DNA of 64,000 nucleotides from an uncultured Spirochaetaceae bacterium (GTDB lineage Bacteria; Spirochaetota; Spirochaetia; DSM-27196; PWMO01): NCBI GenBank assembly GCA_964635245.1, contig CAZWNS010000001.1, positions 9,248 to 73,247 of the forward strand, read 5' to 3'. Shown piece by piece: positions 62,513 to 64,000 of this stretch (position 1 is its first letter; each line of letters starts with the position of its first letter). The notes under the pieces were generated by a model. It saw only the letters and a program-made list of their open reading frames with translations, ran no database searches and was not told where the DNA came from. The position numbers and the translations under genes were made by a program.

Positions 62513-63532
62513 ATGCCGGCGCCCCACGGATCGAACGGAAAGAAACCACGCAGAACGCAGAAGCAACGGCTGCTCAGAATGTACGCCGGGCTCGGGAGCG
62601 TCGCCGTGCTGCTCCTTGCGGTGGTGCTCCTGCTTCCCGTCGCCCGTGAGCGCGCCGAGCGTGCGGACGTCGAGACCGCGGAAGAGCCCCGCGTGAGCGA
62701 GCGCCACCCGGAAGAGGAGCGACCCGACGGCGACGTCGGCCCGGAGCGGCAGCGCCCGGAGGAGCAGCGCCCGGAGCAGCCCGACGGCGTCGTGCCCCCG
62801 GAGCGGCAGCGCCCGGAGCTGCCCCGCCCCGAGCCGGAGATCAAGGGAAGCCTTGTCGTGGTGATCGACGACGTGGGAAACAGCCTCTCCGACCTCGAGG
62901 GCTTTCTCGAGCTCGACATCCCCCTTACGTTCGCGGTGCTCCCGCAGCGGGAGTTTACACGTGAGGCCGCCTCACGGGTTGCTGCCGCGGGGCACGAGGT
63001 GATATTACATTTACCCATGCAGCCGATCTCGGAAATGGATCCCGGACCCGGCGCCATCCACGTCGGCATGTCGCCGGTGGAGATCGAAGAGGTCATCCGG
63101 GAGAATCTGAAGACGCTGCCCGACATTCGCGGTGTGAATAACCATATGGGATCGCGGGTGACCGCGGATCCGGCAACCATGAACGTGGTTCTGCAGGTGC
63201 TCAAGGAGGAAGGGCTGTTCTTCCTCGACAGCAGAACCTCGGTCGAAACGGTCGGCCGTTTGACCGCCGAGCAGCATAACTTGCCCTACGTGGAGCGTGC
63301 AGTGTTCCTGGACAACGAAAGCAACAGAGATTACATACGAAATGCCGTCCGTGAGGGCATGCAGATAGCCGAGCGCAACGGTCATGCCGTGATGATCGGT
63401 CACGTGATGGTCAACGAGCTCGTCGAGGTGCTCAACGAGATGTATCCCTTCATCCAGGACGAAGGCTTCGACCTGCGCTACCTCTCGGAGCTCGTCCTCA
63501 GCCCTGAGTTCGATGACGATCCTCGGAGTTGA
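62513..63532 (+). CDS. divergent polysaccharide deacetylase family protein (YibQ-like) with TM anchor and Pro/Glu/Arg-rich linker
   Basis: LVVVIDDVGNS, LTFAVLPQ, GHEVILHLPMQP, GVNNHMGSRVT, LFFLDSRTS. Confidence 0.8.
   Translation: MPAPHGSNGKKPRRTQKQRLLRMYAGLGSVAVLLLAVVLLLPVARERAERADVETAEEPRVSERHPEEERPDGDVGPERQRPEEQRPEQPDGVVPPERQRPELPRPEPEIKGSLVVVIDDVGNSLSDLEGFLELDIPLTFAVLPQREFTREAASRVAAAGHEVILHLPMQPISEMDPGPGAIHVGMSPVEIEEVIRENLKTLPDIRGVNNHMGSRVTADPATMNVVLQVLKEEGLFFLDSRTSVETVGRLTAEQHNLPYVERAVFLDNESNRDYIRNAVREGMQIAERNGHAVMIGHVMVNELVEVLNEMYPFIQDEGFDLRYLSELVLSPEFDDDPRS
62741..62818 (+). repeat. direct repeats inside the yibQ-like linker
   Basis: The 21-mer CCGGAGCGGCAGCGCCCGGAG occurs at 62741-62761 and 62798-62818. 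A third partial copy, CAGCGCCCGGAG, lies between them. Together they encode PERQRPE-type repeats. Confidence 0.85.
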
Positions 63533-64000
63533 GACCTCATGCGATGAGTGCTCGGTTGCCCTCGTTGAAGACGGGCGACGCATCATCGCGCAGCGGATTG
63601 CGTCACAGATCGAGTTTCACGCGCCGTTCAGCGGTGTCGTTCCGGAAATCGCCTCCCGAAAGCATACCGAGTGGATTCTCGACGTCTATACCCGGACCCT
63701 GGAGGACGCCGGCGCCTCCGCGGGCGACATCGAGGGCGTCGCCGTAACCACGCGCCCGGGACTCTCCGGCTCTCTCGCGGTGGGGCTGAGCTTTGCCAAG
63801 GCGCTCGCCCTCGGCCTCGGGGTGCCGGTCGTCGGCGTCAACCATATACTGGCGCACCTCTACGCCCCCCACCTCGAGTACGAGATCGACTATCCCTACC
63901 TCGGGCTCCTCGTCTCCGGCGGTCACACCCTGATCGCCCTGGTGCGGGCGGTGGAAGACATCGAGGTGCTCGGGACCACGGTGGACGACGCCTGCGGCGA
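63513..64000 (+). CDS. tsaD: tRNA N6-adenosine threonylcarbamoyltransferase TsaD (N-terminal part, runs off the window)
   Basis: MTILGVETSCDECSVALVEDG, VVPEIASRKH, GVAVTTRPGLSGSLAVGLSFAKALA, GVNHILAHL, LGLLVSGGHT. The frame is open to the window end, so it is absent from the ORF track. Confidence 0.9.
   Translation, partial: MTILGVETSCDECSVALVEDGRRIIAQRIASQIEFHAPFSGVVPEIASRKHTEWILDVYTRTLEDAGASAGDIEGVAVTTRPGLSGSLAVGLSFAKALALGLGVPVVGVNHILAHLYAPHLEYEIDYPYLGLLVSGGHTLIALVRAVEDIEVLGTTVDDACG

Noticed and set aside
1-64000. A search for CRISPR arrays, IS elements or transposases, integrases, prophage genes, toxin-antitoxin pairs, restriction-modification or other defence systems, and rRNA genes.
   Set aside because: None were found. 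There are no regularly spaced direct repeats, no terminal inverted repeats flanking ORFs, no recombinase, RT or nuclease signatures, and no marked low-GC island apart from short intergenic promoter regions and the 5' end of the 30850-31668 membrane-protein gene.

Overview
This 64-kb window is GC-rich (roughly 60-65% by eye, not computed) and densely coding. It looks like chromosomal core DNA of a spirochaete. The evidence for that is periplasmic-flagellum rod genes with a single-domain FlgJ, a flgF-flgG-flgJ-sigma factor gene order that I recall from Borrelia, rho-rpmE2, two lnt copies, and many TPR/NHL/PQQ/PEGA envelope proteins. The taxon is an inference only.

I call 62 protein genes (two cut by the window edges) and one tRNA-Thr(CGU). 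I also call a handful of promoters, terminators and short repeats read directly from the sequence. I saw no rRNA, CRISPR array, transposase, integrase, phage gene or recognisable defence gene. The many 60-700 aa ORFs antisense to real genes are the usual high-GC artefacts.

I did not find a convincing, wholly new multi-gene system. The most interesting signals are regulatory or architectural:
- A textbook sigma-54 -24/-12 element lies 24 nt upstream of an RpoS-like sigma factor gene.
- A 23-codon leader ORF ending Ile-Ile-Ile-Pro-stop, followed by competing hairpins and a U7 terminator, sits between ilvBN and the citramalate synthase gene cimA.
- A ParB N-domain-only protein with a basic amphipathic tail appears translationally coupled to PBP1A.
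- Two bactofilin loci are present. One is paired with an M23 peptidase carrying an HxD variant motif. The other follows a REC/coiled-coil response regulator.
- An eight-gene overlapping operon extends an Mla-like lipid transporter with a TPR lipoprotein, a membrane protein, an M23/LysM peptidase and a PEGA protein.
- A 3'-UTR structure has a C-rich loop, which is the shape expected of a small RNA.

All family assignments rest on motifs I recognise by eye. No database search or RNA-folding computation was run.
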